DNA of 64,000 nt, from contig JAQGDQ010001055.1 in the NCBI GenBank assembly GCA_030141605.1, forward strand, positions 1-64,000, written 5' to 3'. A program made the position numbers and the translations under genes. Under the pieces are notes generated by a model, which was given only the letters and a program-made list of their open reading frames with translations, had not been told where the DNA came from and did not search any database. Of this stretch, positions 11,474 through 23,271 are shown one piece after another. The stretch comes from Tubiluchus corallicola. Taxonomy: Eukaryota; Animalia; Priapulida. The first letter of the stretch is position 1, and each line of letters starts with the position of its first letter.

Positions 11474-11563
11474 CTTCGCCATATACCGCAGTGCTGTGTA
11501 CCGCCTCACTGTATACTAACTTGCCATATACTTCACCTTGCAGTACATTGCGCTGCAGTACGT
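11474..11563. repeat. Degenerate 15-bp minisatellite, 6 units
   Basis: Units cttcgccatataccg / cagtgctgtgtaccg / cctcactgtatacta / acttgccatatactt / caccttgcagtacat / tgcgctgcagtacgt all carry TAC at positions 11-13. Confidence 0.6.
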
Positions 11564-12201
11564 GGGTATGTCCAGCAAGCACAAACATACCACATAGTGC
11601 ACATAGGCTGAAACCTATTTGCATATTTTTGATTGCTGGTTAACGCAGGCCTTTCTGTTTAATGCTCCTGAGAATATTTCTAGTGTTGTTTTCCAATGGC
11701 AGAAATACAAATAAGATAAACACATACAGCAATTAAGCCAGCACTTCTATTAGATAAATGAACAAAAGCAATACTAAATTAGTAAGTCTGAAAAATATCA
11801 TACCTCTGCCTGAGACTCTAGCCGAAGTCCTGCTTTTTGGGTAACTGTGCCAAGTTGCTAACTATTACACTGTATAATGTTACTAAGCAAAAGAATTTTG
11901 TCAGACCTTTATATGCATGAAAGTGATGAATTTTCTTGTTACACTTATACTCGACTGCTTGTTGTCAAGGTTGGTAGGGCACATATTAGCACAATTAAAG
12001 CTAGTATTGGGGTTTCTTTATAAAGTGTGTGCTCATCGCTTTATAAAATTTCAGTGCTTGAAATAAATTTAGAAAGTCGTCATTAAAATGAAACGTGCGA
12101 TGTAGTGAAAGAAAAATGTCAATATATCAGCATCGTTAAAACAAAACATTTCTAAACTTGGCATCGCTAAGCGAAGTCTTACTATGCAGTTGGTTGCCTC
12201 T

Positions 12202-12324
12202 AATTATAGTCAAGTAATAACCAGTTTAACATTAAGCCTTCAAATTATAGTCAAATAATAACCAGTTTAACATTAAGCCTTCAAATTATAGTCAAGTAAT
12301 AACCAGCTTAACATTAAGCCTTCA
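12202..12324. repeat. Tandem repeat, 3 x 41 bp
   Basis: Unit AATTATAGTCAAGTAATAACCAGTTTAACATTAAGCCTTCA starts at 12202, 12243 and 12284, with at most one mismatch per copy. Confidence 0.93.
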
Positions 12325-13559
12325 CACATTATCATTTAAGCAGTAGAACATAATCAATGTATTTCATTAATTGCAAGTAGAAGTTTAATTCAGTTCAAAA
12401 AATGACTACATTAACACATTCCTACATTCACTGTAAAACTGCAAAACTCAAAAACTGTAAAAGTTTGGACAATCAAATTTGAATATTTATACTACTTGAA
12501 AGAAGACAGATTTCAGTGGTGTTTGGCTGCCTTGAATAACATGCTTAAGGTCAAAGATATATTGCATATAAAAAAGTTTAAAATTTTATTTAATTGACGT
12601 ATATTAGGAAATCAAGTGAAAAGCAGATAGCTAATCATTACCAGGTTGGCATCAAGGATCATTATCACTCACTTGTGTTCTAATAACATATTTGGGGATG
12701 AATCTGTGAAGTAGAAACCAAGTTGGAAAATAAAAATTGCCATAAATTGCTATTGATATTGAACCGGGCATTTTTTCATATAAAAATGTTGGTTGTTGGT
12801 AGTGTGAAGTTATGTGCAGTAAATCCTTGTTTATATAGACTTCCGATATAACATATTATTTCTGAATTTATATCCTAATCAGACAAGTCTATTATAATGA
12901 AACCATGCATCCATAAACATTTTCCACAGGCAGTAAACTTAATAAAGCCAGATTGATCTTGCTTGTTATCGTCAACTATGGTTTCAGATACACATTACCT
13001 AGCATGTCTGTTTGTGTCCATAGAAATTTTTGTATTCATGCTGTGTTCATCTATATTAAGTTCTCTTATGAGCAGAAACTTATCAAATTTGTGCAAAAAT
13101 TTCTCCCATATTTGCAAAGAGCTACAGTCAACCACTTATTATTAAATGCTGTTAAGCACCACTTCGAAGAAAGCTGCTAAATTGGGTTGATTCAGTGAAT
13201 ACTAATCCTCTTGTTTAACATTTTAATTCAAGTGTTAAATTCTATATAGTCAAATGAAAAAAGTTTATCAACTAGCAGGTACTGTTACGTCATTTCAAGG
13301 GAATTGTTTAGTTTACCAGAAGCAGTAAATATTTAAAAGTGACTAAACTAAACTGCACTGGTTATTTCCAATATGACATACTCATATATGAGGATAGTAT
13401 GTTCCAGGGTGTATTTGTATGGACTACCCTTCCCCCTAATTAGTCCATTGTAATGAGGATTTACTGCAATTTCAGTGCCAGAAAACATTCCAGCTCATAC
13501 ATAATAAGGCGCGACATGCCTAGCTGAAAGGCTGTAATAATTAATGGTCTCAAGTTACT

Positions 13560-13617
13560 ATAGTGACTAAAATGGGGAGAGGGACAAGATAGTGACTAAA
13601 ATGGGGAGAGGGACAAG
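13560..13617. repeat. Tandem duplication, 2 x 29 bp
   Basis: ATAGTGACTAAAATGGGGAGAGGGACAAG occurs twice, identical. Confidence 0.9.
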
Positions 13618-14191
13618 AAACGGTGAAATTGCTGCAATCCCGCAAGCCAGTGCTAGCAACTGGGAATTTTTATCACTTGTCAAGCAGTACATCTACAGTG
13701 GTACCTTTCCTATTACTTTGACCTATTATTGTTTGTTTGTTGCACTCCTATATTTATATATAAGTCATCAGTAAATATTGAATAAGCCTTCATCTTACAA
13801 ACATTATAAATAGGCAAACATTTCATCATAACGTTAACCATCGTGAATGTATGTAAATTTCTAAATATAGTTATAGTGCAATACAAAATCAAGTATTTTG
13901 TTGTTGAGATGTGAAATAATCTCTAAATCATATTTTTGTAGGATTTTACAGAGTTTGTTGCTGTGCTGTTGCACAGTACCTACCCCAAGTCACCAAAAAA
14001 TGCTGAGTTGTTGCTATTCAATTTTTGACATTGTATTTGTGTTTACTATTTAATCAAATGTAGATATACAAGTTATACAAATTTGATTTGCAATTATATT
14101 TCCTATGTATTTTTCAGATTGATTTTGAGTATTTTTGTTAAAGCTTTCTAGTCATCATTACGTACAATCACAGAGGATTTTATAACTGAAG

Positions 14192-17100
14192 ATGGATACA
14201 TCAGATACAGTTGGAAGTGAAACAGGTGATACAAAGAAGCATGGAAGTGGAGACACAGCTGATGCCTGGGGATTTTCTAGGTAAGAAAACTAAACTTGTG
14301 TATTAGTTAATTAGAATTTATGAATTTTTATAATTACAATTTCATTGCATATTGTTTAACACCAAACGTTTTATAGTTATTTCTTGCTCTTATGTTATTT
14401 AATTAATAGGCATTCTAATAACTTTTTTATTAGTTTCCATGAGCCAAAAATAGGCAGTATAAATCTGCTAACCACTATATACATAAACATAGAAGGTTTT
14501 TTTATTTATTATTACTGAACAGCTATGCTAAATCAGAAAAATTTAGAACGACATCGTTGAACTTTTCTTTTACTTCAGCTGCCTAGCTATTTCTTAACAA
14601 AAGGTATGATGATTTTTGAAAAAAATGTCTTGTTAAAGTCAATTTTGCTTGTTTTAGTCCTTCTACTGTGGTGCCACAAAATCTGCCTCCTTTTGACATG
14701 CCAGAGGAGTTAGCTTACAAGATGGATTACCCTCGACGTGGTAGAGCTATTATTATCAACAACAAAACATTTCATCCTAAAACTGAAATGAATGAACGAC
14801 ATGGTAACATTGCAAAACTTAATTTAATTATACTGAATAATTTTTGATATTCTTTAACCTTCCGCCACTGAAGTGGGTGCAATAACTCAGCAGTCATCTT
14901 TATTAGTTATGTCATTTTGACATGAAGTCGCCAATACCTATCGTTTTCTGTATTTAAATGATCATCTATTTACTGTAAGCAGATGTCATTTGACCTCTTG
15001 TGCATCACTTACTTTGATTGTAATATTAATTACAACTCATTTGGGCCTGTTTCACCACCAGTGCTGGTATAGTTGGCATGCTACACATTTTTGGCAAAGT
15101 ATGTTAACTAGCTTTGAAATTTATCTTTGTTGTTGAAAAATGGAGCATATTAGGCCTTGGAGGGCAAACAGAGTGATGTAACATAACTCAATAAATAAAG
15201 CCTTGCCTTCTGACGATTTTTTTCTTACGATTTGTTATGTGCACACTTGATACAACTTTCGCTAGTACAGCAAAGTAATCAAAGATATGGCATAGGTCTT
15301 GTGACCAACAGAAGTGGTACAGTATCATTTCTTCCATATTTATGCACGTGGTCCATTATGCCCCACTGCTGTATGCGCATGACCATGAAATATTTACATT
15401 GGCTGAGGGTTAACACTGAATAAAAACAATTTTTTTAGTTCATGTATGAAAACATCATTTCCAACATAACTGTTTGAAAGAAACAAAGATTTATATTTTA
15501 GATCTAAATTTAGATTGTCAATAGTTGCTTAGTCATTATATGGCTCTGACATTTTATTATTTATACAGAATATGATAACCAAGAACAAATTTGCTTTTAA
15601 TATAATTTCAAAATAAAGTTTTCTCAAATATTATTTTGAGCTTGTGCAAGGCAACAGTTTACATGTTCAGTTTTATGCATTTTTGTTTTCATAATCAAGT
15701 AAAACTAAATACTGAATAAAGAAACATTTTTGTATCCAATCTAACTGCTCTGGGGAAAGCAAAGATTTTCTTTTTAGATCTAAATTTTGCATGTTTTGGC
15801 ATTTGATGCAGTTAAATAATAAGCAAAAAAAGCAAAAATGAGTTCACTAGAAGCAGTTGTTTTAAAATTGCATTTGAGAGTATAATTTGATCTTAACATA
15901 TTGCATTTGAGAGTATTTGATCTTGGCTTAATGCATATTTGAGGGTGTATTTGATCTTGGAATGCAAAATGTTTTTCAGACCTGCAAGAATGTGTTTTAG
16001 CCTTTTGTAATTGGTCACCTTACTTTGGTTCTGCATTATCTAGTGCTTACTGCCCTAGTCACATTGTAAAACTTTTTCAGGCACCAATACTGATGCAAGT
16101 AACCTGTACAATCAGCTCAATAAACTAGGTTTTGATGTGTCAAGATATGATGATCTTACAAGAAAAAGTGTACAACAGGTTTTGAATTTAGGTATGCCTA
16201 TTTGGAGATTTCCTCCCTTTTTACACGTGATATGATAATTATTTGCAGTTTAACAGTCATTTTCCTAGAAATTAATTCTTTATGGTCTTGTACCATTTCC
16301 AATGTGGCCATTATTTCTTGTCACTAAAACTTTTTTGTAGTTGAAGAAATAAAGCGACACATTTTTATTGTTAGCAGCAGTAATGATTTCATTGTGACAT
16401 GTTTAGACTAGCTAGCTATCTTGTCAAGCAAACTCGCCAGGTAACACACAAGTGTGTTGACACTGTTCAGACTAGAGAGCAAAACTTGATGCGAGTCACT
16501 CTCTGACAATAAGCGCTAGCTAACACTCACTTCTCATTCGCTGCAAGAAGTGTCGAGAGTAACTTGCTCTGATGTCCCCCTAGAAATCAACTCGCAGTAA
16601 CTTTCAGAGAGTTTACAATTTCTTGCTGACAGTAACTCACAAAGTATTTCACACTTGCGAGTTTGCTGTCAGAGAGAGAACTCATCACAGAAAATTCGTT
16701 AGTCTGAACGTGCCTTTTGAAAACCTGAAACTTGTTAGTCTGAAATTTTGTGTGACATCATAATACAGCTCTGCAAATTGTAAAAAGCAAGATGCATGTC
16801 ATAAATCGTCTGAAGTCAAAACAATTGGTAATATCGTAACTTAAGCAGCTGTGTAATTTATTAAATAATTATACTCTGCAAGCTTTGCCCGGGGGTCTGA
16901 GTTTGACTGAGTGCTGTTTTAGTTTATAGACAAATTTACTTCTATCCTGTTTCTTGAATTTAGGGATGAACCTAATGGGCTGGTCTCCCAATATGTCTAA
17001 ATAGAGAATGTAATTTCAAAATTGCTTCACGATCACTCTATCACAGAAGTTCCCAACCTTTTGTTGATGGCTACCCCTTTCCAGAACCCTGCATCATTGT

Positions 17101-19709
17101 GCGACCCCACGAAGAACATAATCACATGTTATACTATTAAACTTCATTACCATTCACATTTATTAATTTTAACAATGGGTGATTGTTTCACTAATTAATT
17201 AATATGGTGGTTGCATCTGTTTCTCAGCAACCAGTATGGCAATGCAATAGGTATCCAAGAAGATCCAATGTAAAATGAATAGCGACATGGGCAGTGTACA
17301 CTATACATAAGTGTACAACATGGAACATTGCGCATTTTCATTTTCCCAGAAAATCAAGCACTGTTATGCTGCATTTAGAGCGGGAAAACCCAGTTGCACT
17401 TTCCAAAACAAAATGATGTAATGAGAGACTGAGGAAACAAGACCTACCTACATACTTTCATGAAAACTGCATTTCTTAAAAATAGTTTTTGGACTAGCCC
17501 CTGACCCCACAAAAAGGTTGGGAACCCATGCTCTGTCGTATCTCTGGCTAAACACCTCTCCAGATAATAATCGTCATTATCGTCATCTCTTCTTCATCAT
17601 CGTCATTATAATAATAATCATCATCATCATCATTAGGCAAAACACAACGACAGATGCAGTTTGCTCAAAGTAGCATGGGAAAGTAAAAAAGTCACCCTGC
17701 AACTTGTCGCTTCTTACAACTAACATGATCATTAAAATTATTATTTTGCTAGCTGCTAAAGAGGATCACTCAGATGCTGATTGTTTTCTCATGGCCATGT
17801 TGAGCCATGGCGAGGAGGGGGTGATTTACGGGACGGACGGAGAAATGCCGCTGGATGATATAACGGCTCCATTTAAAGGACCAAAGTGTAAGAGTCTGGC
17901 CGGGAAACCAAAAATATTTTTTATTCAGGTGTGCTATTGCATTTTTTTATCATTTAATAAACTGGTTGGCATGTGATAAATTTGATTTAACTTTTGTATC
18001 AACAAAAATGGCAAAGAATAGAACACCTATGAGCAAACGAAAAATATTTTTTTATAAAACTTTAAATTTTATCTAGTGGTTGCCAATCTTTCTTTATTGG
18101 TACGATATGAGATTATGCACTCTGTTCTCTGTTTATTGGACTAATATTATTGTTAATGTTTATTGGCAAAGTTTTGTGTAAGTATTAAATGAATTAGCAA
18201 TAACTTAGGAATGGGTGAGAGTGAACATGCATTACTTGCTTGCGCTTTTGTCAGTGGCAATATACAGATTCCTTTTTAACAAAAATTTGCGATATTATGA
18301 AACTGTACTACTTATGTGAACTCAAAATAGTAGTATTCTAGAGTATAGAATTGTTACAGTATCAAAAAGTTTTGAATAGTTTTTATCATCTTACAGATTA
18401 TTAAGTGGAGAAAAGTTTAACAAAAAGATGTCTGTGAATTTAATGGACTCTGCTACTGTTATGTGAACTGAAAATAGTAGCATTGTACAACCAATTTTGA
18501 GCCATTATGCCTCCTTACAGATAGACACATGGTTGAACAGTAATGCCCATAAAATTAAATTAGAATTGGGATGGTGTGTGAGACTTTCATTTACCTTTTT
18601 CCAGGCCTGTCGAGGGACATCTTTAGATTCAGGAATAGAAGTTGCAGATGCAGAAACGGCAGAGGAGATAATTCCAGAAAATATGGGTGATGAAGTAGAT
18701 GCCCGGATTTTGCAGAAAATTCCGGTAGAAGCAGACTTCCTAATGTGCTATTCTGTAGTCAAAGGTAAGAGCCACTGTTGGAGATGATAGTGGGCACTGG
18801 ACATCCTCATGTATTCTTGATTGTTTGCTCATTCATGGTGGGCTTGTAGTAGTGGGCACTGGGCATCCTCATGTATTCTTGATTGTTTGCTCATTCATGA
18901 TGGGCATGTAGTAGTGGGCACTGGGCATCCTCATGTATTCTTGATTGTTTGCTCATTCATGATGGGCATGTAGTAGTGGGCACTGGGCATCCTCATGTAT
19001 TCTTGATTGGTTGCTCATTGATGGTGGGCATGTAGTAGTGGGCACTGGGCTTCCTCATGTATTCTTGATTGTTTGCTCATTCATGGTGGGCATGTAGCTT
19101 TGTCATCTTGTCACTTGATGGTAGAGAAATATCACTTGAAAGGCCTGATTTACTTTCGAAAATTCACCTGAAAAAATATTTTATACAGTCGTATCATAGG
19201 AAAGCATCATCTTTTGCAACTACTGAATTTCTTACCATGTTGTACGAGTTTGACTGTAATCTTGGCTATGATTTTTGACTTTTGTTAACAAACAAATCCT
19301 ATTATCTTTTCAATCTGTTGATGGATTTTGTCTGTTGATTTGAAATGCCAGTATGCTAGAATAAATGACACTCTGCTTTTTTTAACAACTATATTTGTTT
19401 CTTCTTTTAACTGTCTTATTTCATTGACACTATTTCGTTTTAATTATTTTTGAATTGTTGTTTTCAGGTTATTTTTCATGGCGGAATTCTTCTAGAGGTT
19501 CATGGTTTATACAATGTTTGTGTAGGGCGTTAGAACTGTTTGCCGACAAGTTAGAATTTGTTCGTCTAATGACCAGGGTTAATCGAATGGTGGCCTACGA
19601 GTTTGAATCAAATGCTTCACAGTGGCACATGAACAGAAAAAAACAGATACCTTGCATAAGTTCTATGTTAACAAAAGATTTGTATCTACAACCAAAAAAG
19701 TTGCAGTAA
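14192..19709 (+). CDS. Effector caspase (caspase-3/7-like), 307 aa, 6 coding exons
   Basis: Exons 14192-14280, 14658-14803, 16081-16191, 17753-17928, 18605-18764 and 19468-19709 are all GT-AG with compatible phases and total 924 nt. Motifs: [23 protein letters not shown], catalytic [13 protein letters not shown]|[19 protein letters not shown]...GSWFIQ, KQIPC..SMLTK. Short prodomain. The first coding exon starts at an acceptor at 14117, so the TSS is further upstream. Confidence 0.93.
14858..15409. mobile_element. piggyBac-like MITE in caspase intron
   Basis: TTAA flanks both ends (14854-14857, 15410-15413). Termini CCTTCCGCCACTG and CATTGGCTGAGGG match at 10/13 as inverted repeats. Subterminal GTGGGTGCAATAA and ATTATGCCCCAC are also roughly inverted. 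Confidence 0.6.
16396..16714. mobile_element. PIF/Harbinger-like MITE, copy 1
   Basis: Termini GACATGTTTAGACTA and TAGTCTGAACGTGCC are imperfect TIRs. The element aligns in reverse complement with 31383-31688. The superfamily is inferred from the GGC...GTTC terminus only. Confidence 0.7.
17044..17530. mobile_element. hAT-type MITE in caspase intron
   Basis: TIRs CAGAAGTTCCCAACCTTTT and AAAAGGTTGGGAACCCATG. Degenerate 8-bp TSD CTCTATCA / CTCTGTCG (6/8). The TIR core GTTCCCAA is shared with the element at 63-447. Confidence 0.72.
18788..19097. repeat. Minisatellite, 5 x 62 bp, in last caspase intron
   Basis: Unit TAGTGGGCACTGGGCATCCTCATGTATTCTTGATTGTTTGCTCATTCATG(G/A)TGGGCATGTAG starts at 18788, 18850, 18912, 18974 and 19036. 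Confidence 0.95.
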
Positions 19710-20994
19710 TTATCATGGTTTTATTCTGTCGTGCCGGTGTTTATTTATAAGTTTGTCTCTTGAAATGATGTTATTTTTCTTCGAGTATCAACTTTGCATC
19801 GTGTTGTTGTTTTTTACTAGAATTTATAGTATCGCTATCAGTTTTTGTACATGCTTTGTGTTTTACGTACAAATTTGTTTGTAATAATTTTTTAATTAAC
19901 ATGTGCTAAAAGATTATGTGGTATATAGTGTCTGAAAATCTTTTGAAAAGATTGTTGTTTTTGAAGCGTGGTGTCACATGTGCATGAAGTTACTTACAAT
20001 TAAAGGAAAATGCAATATTTTTTGCTTACAGCTACAAAACACAATCAATTTTTTATAAAATTATGTGTAAGCGCATATTTCCAGAAATAGAATTACTGTA
20101 TAACCCGAGATTTTTTGACTTGTTAAAATATTTTCATTAAATTGTTTCTCTATCACCACTGCTTGCAATTGTTCAATCTGTGATTGTAAGTTTATGCTGT
20201 TTGTAATCAAATTCTTGCCATAAAATGAATAGTGAATCATTTATACAGAAATCAAATGTGGATTATACTTGAGTCAAGTCTGACCTTTGTAATAGCAGCA
20301 AATAATTAAAATAGTTGACAATTTAATGTGATCGAATTAGTTGGCTTTAACTCAATTATAGAGTTTTTAGCATAGTGGCTAGTACATTCTCTGACTGTGA
20401 TCAGCCAGAATTAATAAACATAACAGTTTCTGTATAATCGACAATTAACCTGATGGCTAATTAATTGGAGGAGGAACGTGTGACCTCAGATCATAAGTTC
20501 TGGGTTCAAATCTTTTGCGTCACAATTTTCAGCACCTTCGTCCTTCAACATATACCACTAGGTTCATCCATTTTGGCTCATCACAGTTCAGTGTCTAAAA
20601 ATTGTAGTCAGACAGTTGTTAAAACATTTTTTTTGATATTTATAGTTGAAGATTCATGTCATATATAGGCAGGTTGTACAAAATGCTTTGTGTAATTATT
20701 AAATTTTCACTATGTGGTGCTGTATTTATTATCTGCTGTTTTATTAGTTTGCAATAAAGTTTACTATAAATGTGAATATAAATCAGGACTCCTAAGAGCT
20801 TTGTAAAGATGGTGATTTTAGTATAGGAATTAGAAATATTAACATTGTTTTTTTTTGTATTATAATTTTAAACACATACCAAAGGCATGTAAATGGGAAG
20901 AATAAATACAACAATACATTCGGCAGGCGGAAAGCGAAGCTGCATAGATATCAGTAGTTGCACGGCAAAAATAAACATCGATAACACATACCAA

Positions 20995-21038
20995 TTATCC
21001 AATGTTTCAGACTAAGAGACTTGCTTCATCAGGGAAAA
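20995..21038 (-). ncRNA. Decayed minimal hammerhead-ribozyme-like motif (Penelope-type relic)
   Basis: Minus strand reads TTTTCC-CTGATGA-AGCAAGTCTCTTAGTCT-GAAA-CATT-GGATAA. Both catalytic boxes are present, stem I pairs at 5/6, and stems II and III are imperfect. Confidence 0.35.
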
Positions 21039-23271
21039 CTTGTAATGGGATACCAGTAACTGTCTGGTAAATCAGAGACTCGGGTTACCATCACTTTCTA
21101 TTCAGTTGATGAGTGAAAGCTCCTCAATAAATATCGTATTCTCTCAGGAGACCTCTCCCGTATTTTTGCTCTATTTGTTTATTTTCTGGTTGCCTGTAAT
21201 CTGAACTCACTTCCTTACTTGTTACTAGTATTCAAGTTCAATGCTAGCTTTTGGAATTTTCTTTGATTTACTGCTTTGCTTGTCATTACAGATTTTTCCC
21301 TATCGAAGTTGGAAGTGTTACTTTAAAACAATGGAGTTTCTACAATAACTGCTGTTGATTTACTTTTGCTCATAAAAAGTTTAAAGTTAAAAAAGTTAAG
21401 AGCATGGCAATTATCAAATGCCTATACAGTGGTACGAAAACATCCATATTTTACCACAGGCAATAAATCACTGATTCACGTAAGAAAACAAAACAAATAA
21501 AAATGGGAATAATAAACTGACCATATATTTAATATACTGTCCAGCACAATATAATACAAAAACTACAAGTATATTGGAGTATTATCCTGTACGAGTCGAT
21601 AAATTTGTATAATGAGTAGTAATAACATTTGTTTTAAACATTGTTCAGGCACAAATAATAATATAAGTTATACAATGAATTTATTTCAAAATAATTATCG
21701 AATATGGTGTATAACATTTAATGATAATATTCACAAAACTATGCATCTTGCCAATACATTAAAGATGCATGTATTTCTAACTTAAGCTCCTGGTTATCAG
21801 ACACGAACTTTGCTAATTGTACCTTCTCCAGTTCATTTACAACCAGACATGAGATTTATATTGCTAAATTCTACAACTCTTATATAATAATCTATACACA
21901 ATAATACCATTGCAGCTTTATATTATGCAAAAAATCGGAATAATAATAAAAATTGTGCTTTTGCTAAGCAAGATCAATTTCATAAAGCAAGTGCTGCCAG
22001 CTGGTTGAGAATGTCTATATCATCTATTAAAATGTAAACAGATGGTGATAATCGGAAAATAATAACAATAATATATATTGTATACTTACTACTATATGTA
22101 ATTGATTTATTACTAGATAACAGATAATCAAAAATGATATGTTGTAAAGAAAACAAATAAGAGTGACAAAAATAACACCTGTCACAGATTTTGGAATAAA
22201 TTAATCAGGATAATAATACGACATTATTATTATTATATAGCAGCTTCTTGCACCATGTGATGAAAAATCAACAACTAGTGACACTAAACATCGCTTCTGC
22301 CCAAAGGCAACAGGAGAATGGTTACGCTGCATATATTACACAGTTCTATGCATTTAATAGGATATGCATTTAAATGATTTGTGTTTGTATTGTGTAAGAT
22401 AAATGAACCTCAACAATTCAATGAATAGTTGCCTATAGTTTCCAATTACGACAACCTTTTGTTAAATTTTCAAGAAACTTATAATAAGCAAAATAAGTAT
22501 TTGCTAAGGTGACTGATGAGTTAACGAGTAACCACAACGATAAGCTTGTATTGTCACAACAGCTCAAAGTTTTAATCCTTAAGCTTGTAGCATTAACTAA
22601 GCAAAGTGAACGATCACAACCATTTTCACAACCAACATTGAAAAACTCACAGTTACGGGATAATTGATAAACAATAACAAATCAACACAAGCGATCGACT
22701 GAAACTAGCACATGATAGAAACAAACTTCTATGAAAGAACGTTACATAAAAACAAATAACTGATATGTTATGAACAAGAAGCGTGTTCAACAAAAAACCG
22801 ATTCACAAAGTTATGAATCACTAACTTAACAACACAATGAGATCTCGAATGAAATTAGAGATTCAAGGCAAAATGAACACTTAACAATTGCACAAGACTA
22901 CAAGACTGCAAGTCTGATATTCTTGCTTAAACTGTCAAACATCTACTTCCATTTTTAACCGCACAATTCTGTTATTTAAACATTTAAACTTATTAATGTA
23001 CATGGTCAACATTGCTATTAATAGTTACTTAATATTTATAACTAGGCATGCATCATACTTTGCTAAGTTGTTAATTTGCGACGTAAAGGTTTTCCTCACA
23101 GTTGAGCAAAGAACAATTGCCTGCTATTGTCCGCTTCCTCTTCATTGTGGCTAACATGTGTTTAACAGTTTAAAAGTGTATTAGCACTAATAAAAATGAT
23201 GTAATCTACAGCTATGTAAATATTATTCAACTTACAAGACACTGAGAATTTATTAACAGAACAACTGCACG

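Noticed and set aside
18788-19097. CRISPR-like array (also considered for 12202-12324)
   Set aside because: Units are contiguous and near-identical with no unique spacers, there are no cas genes, and the context is eukaryotic.
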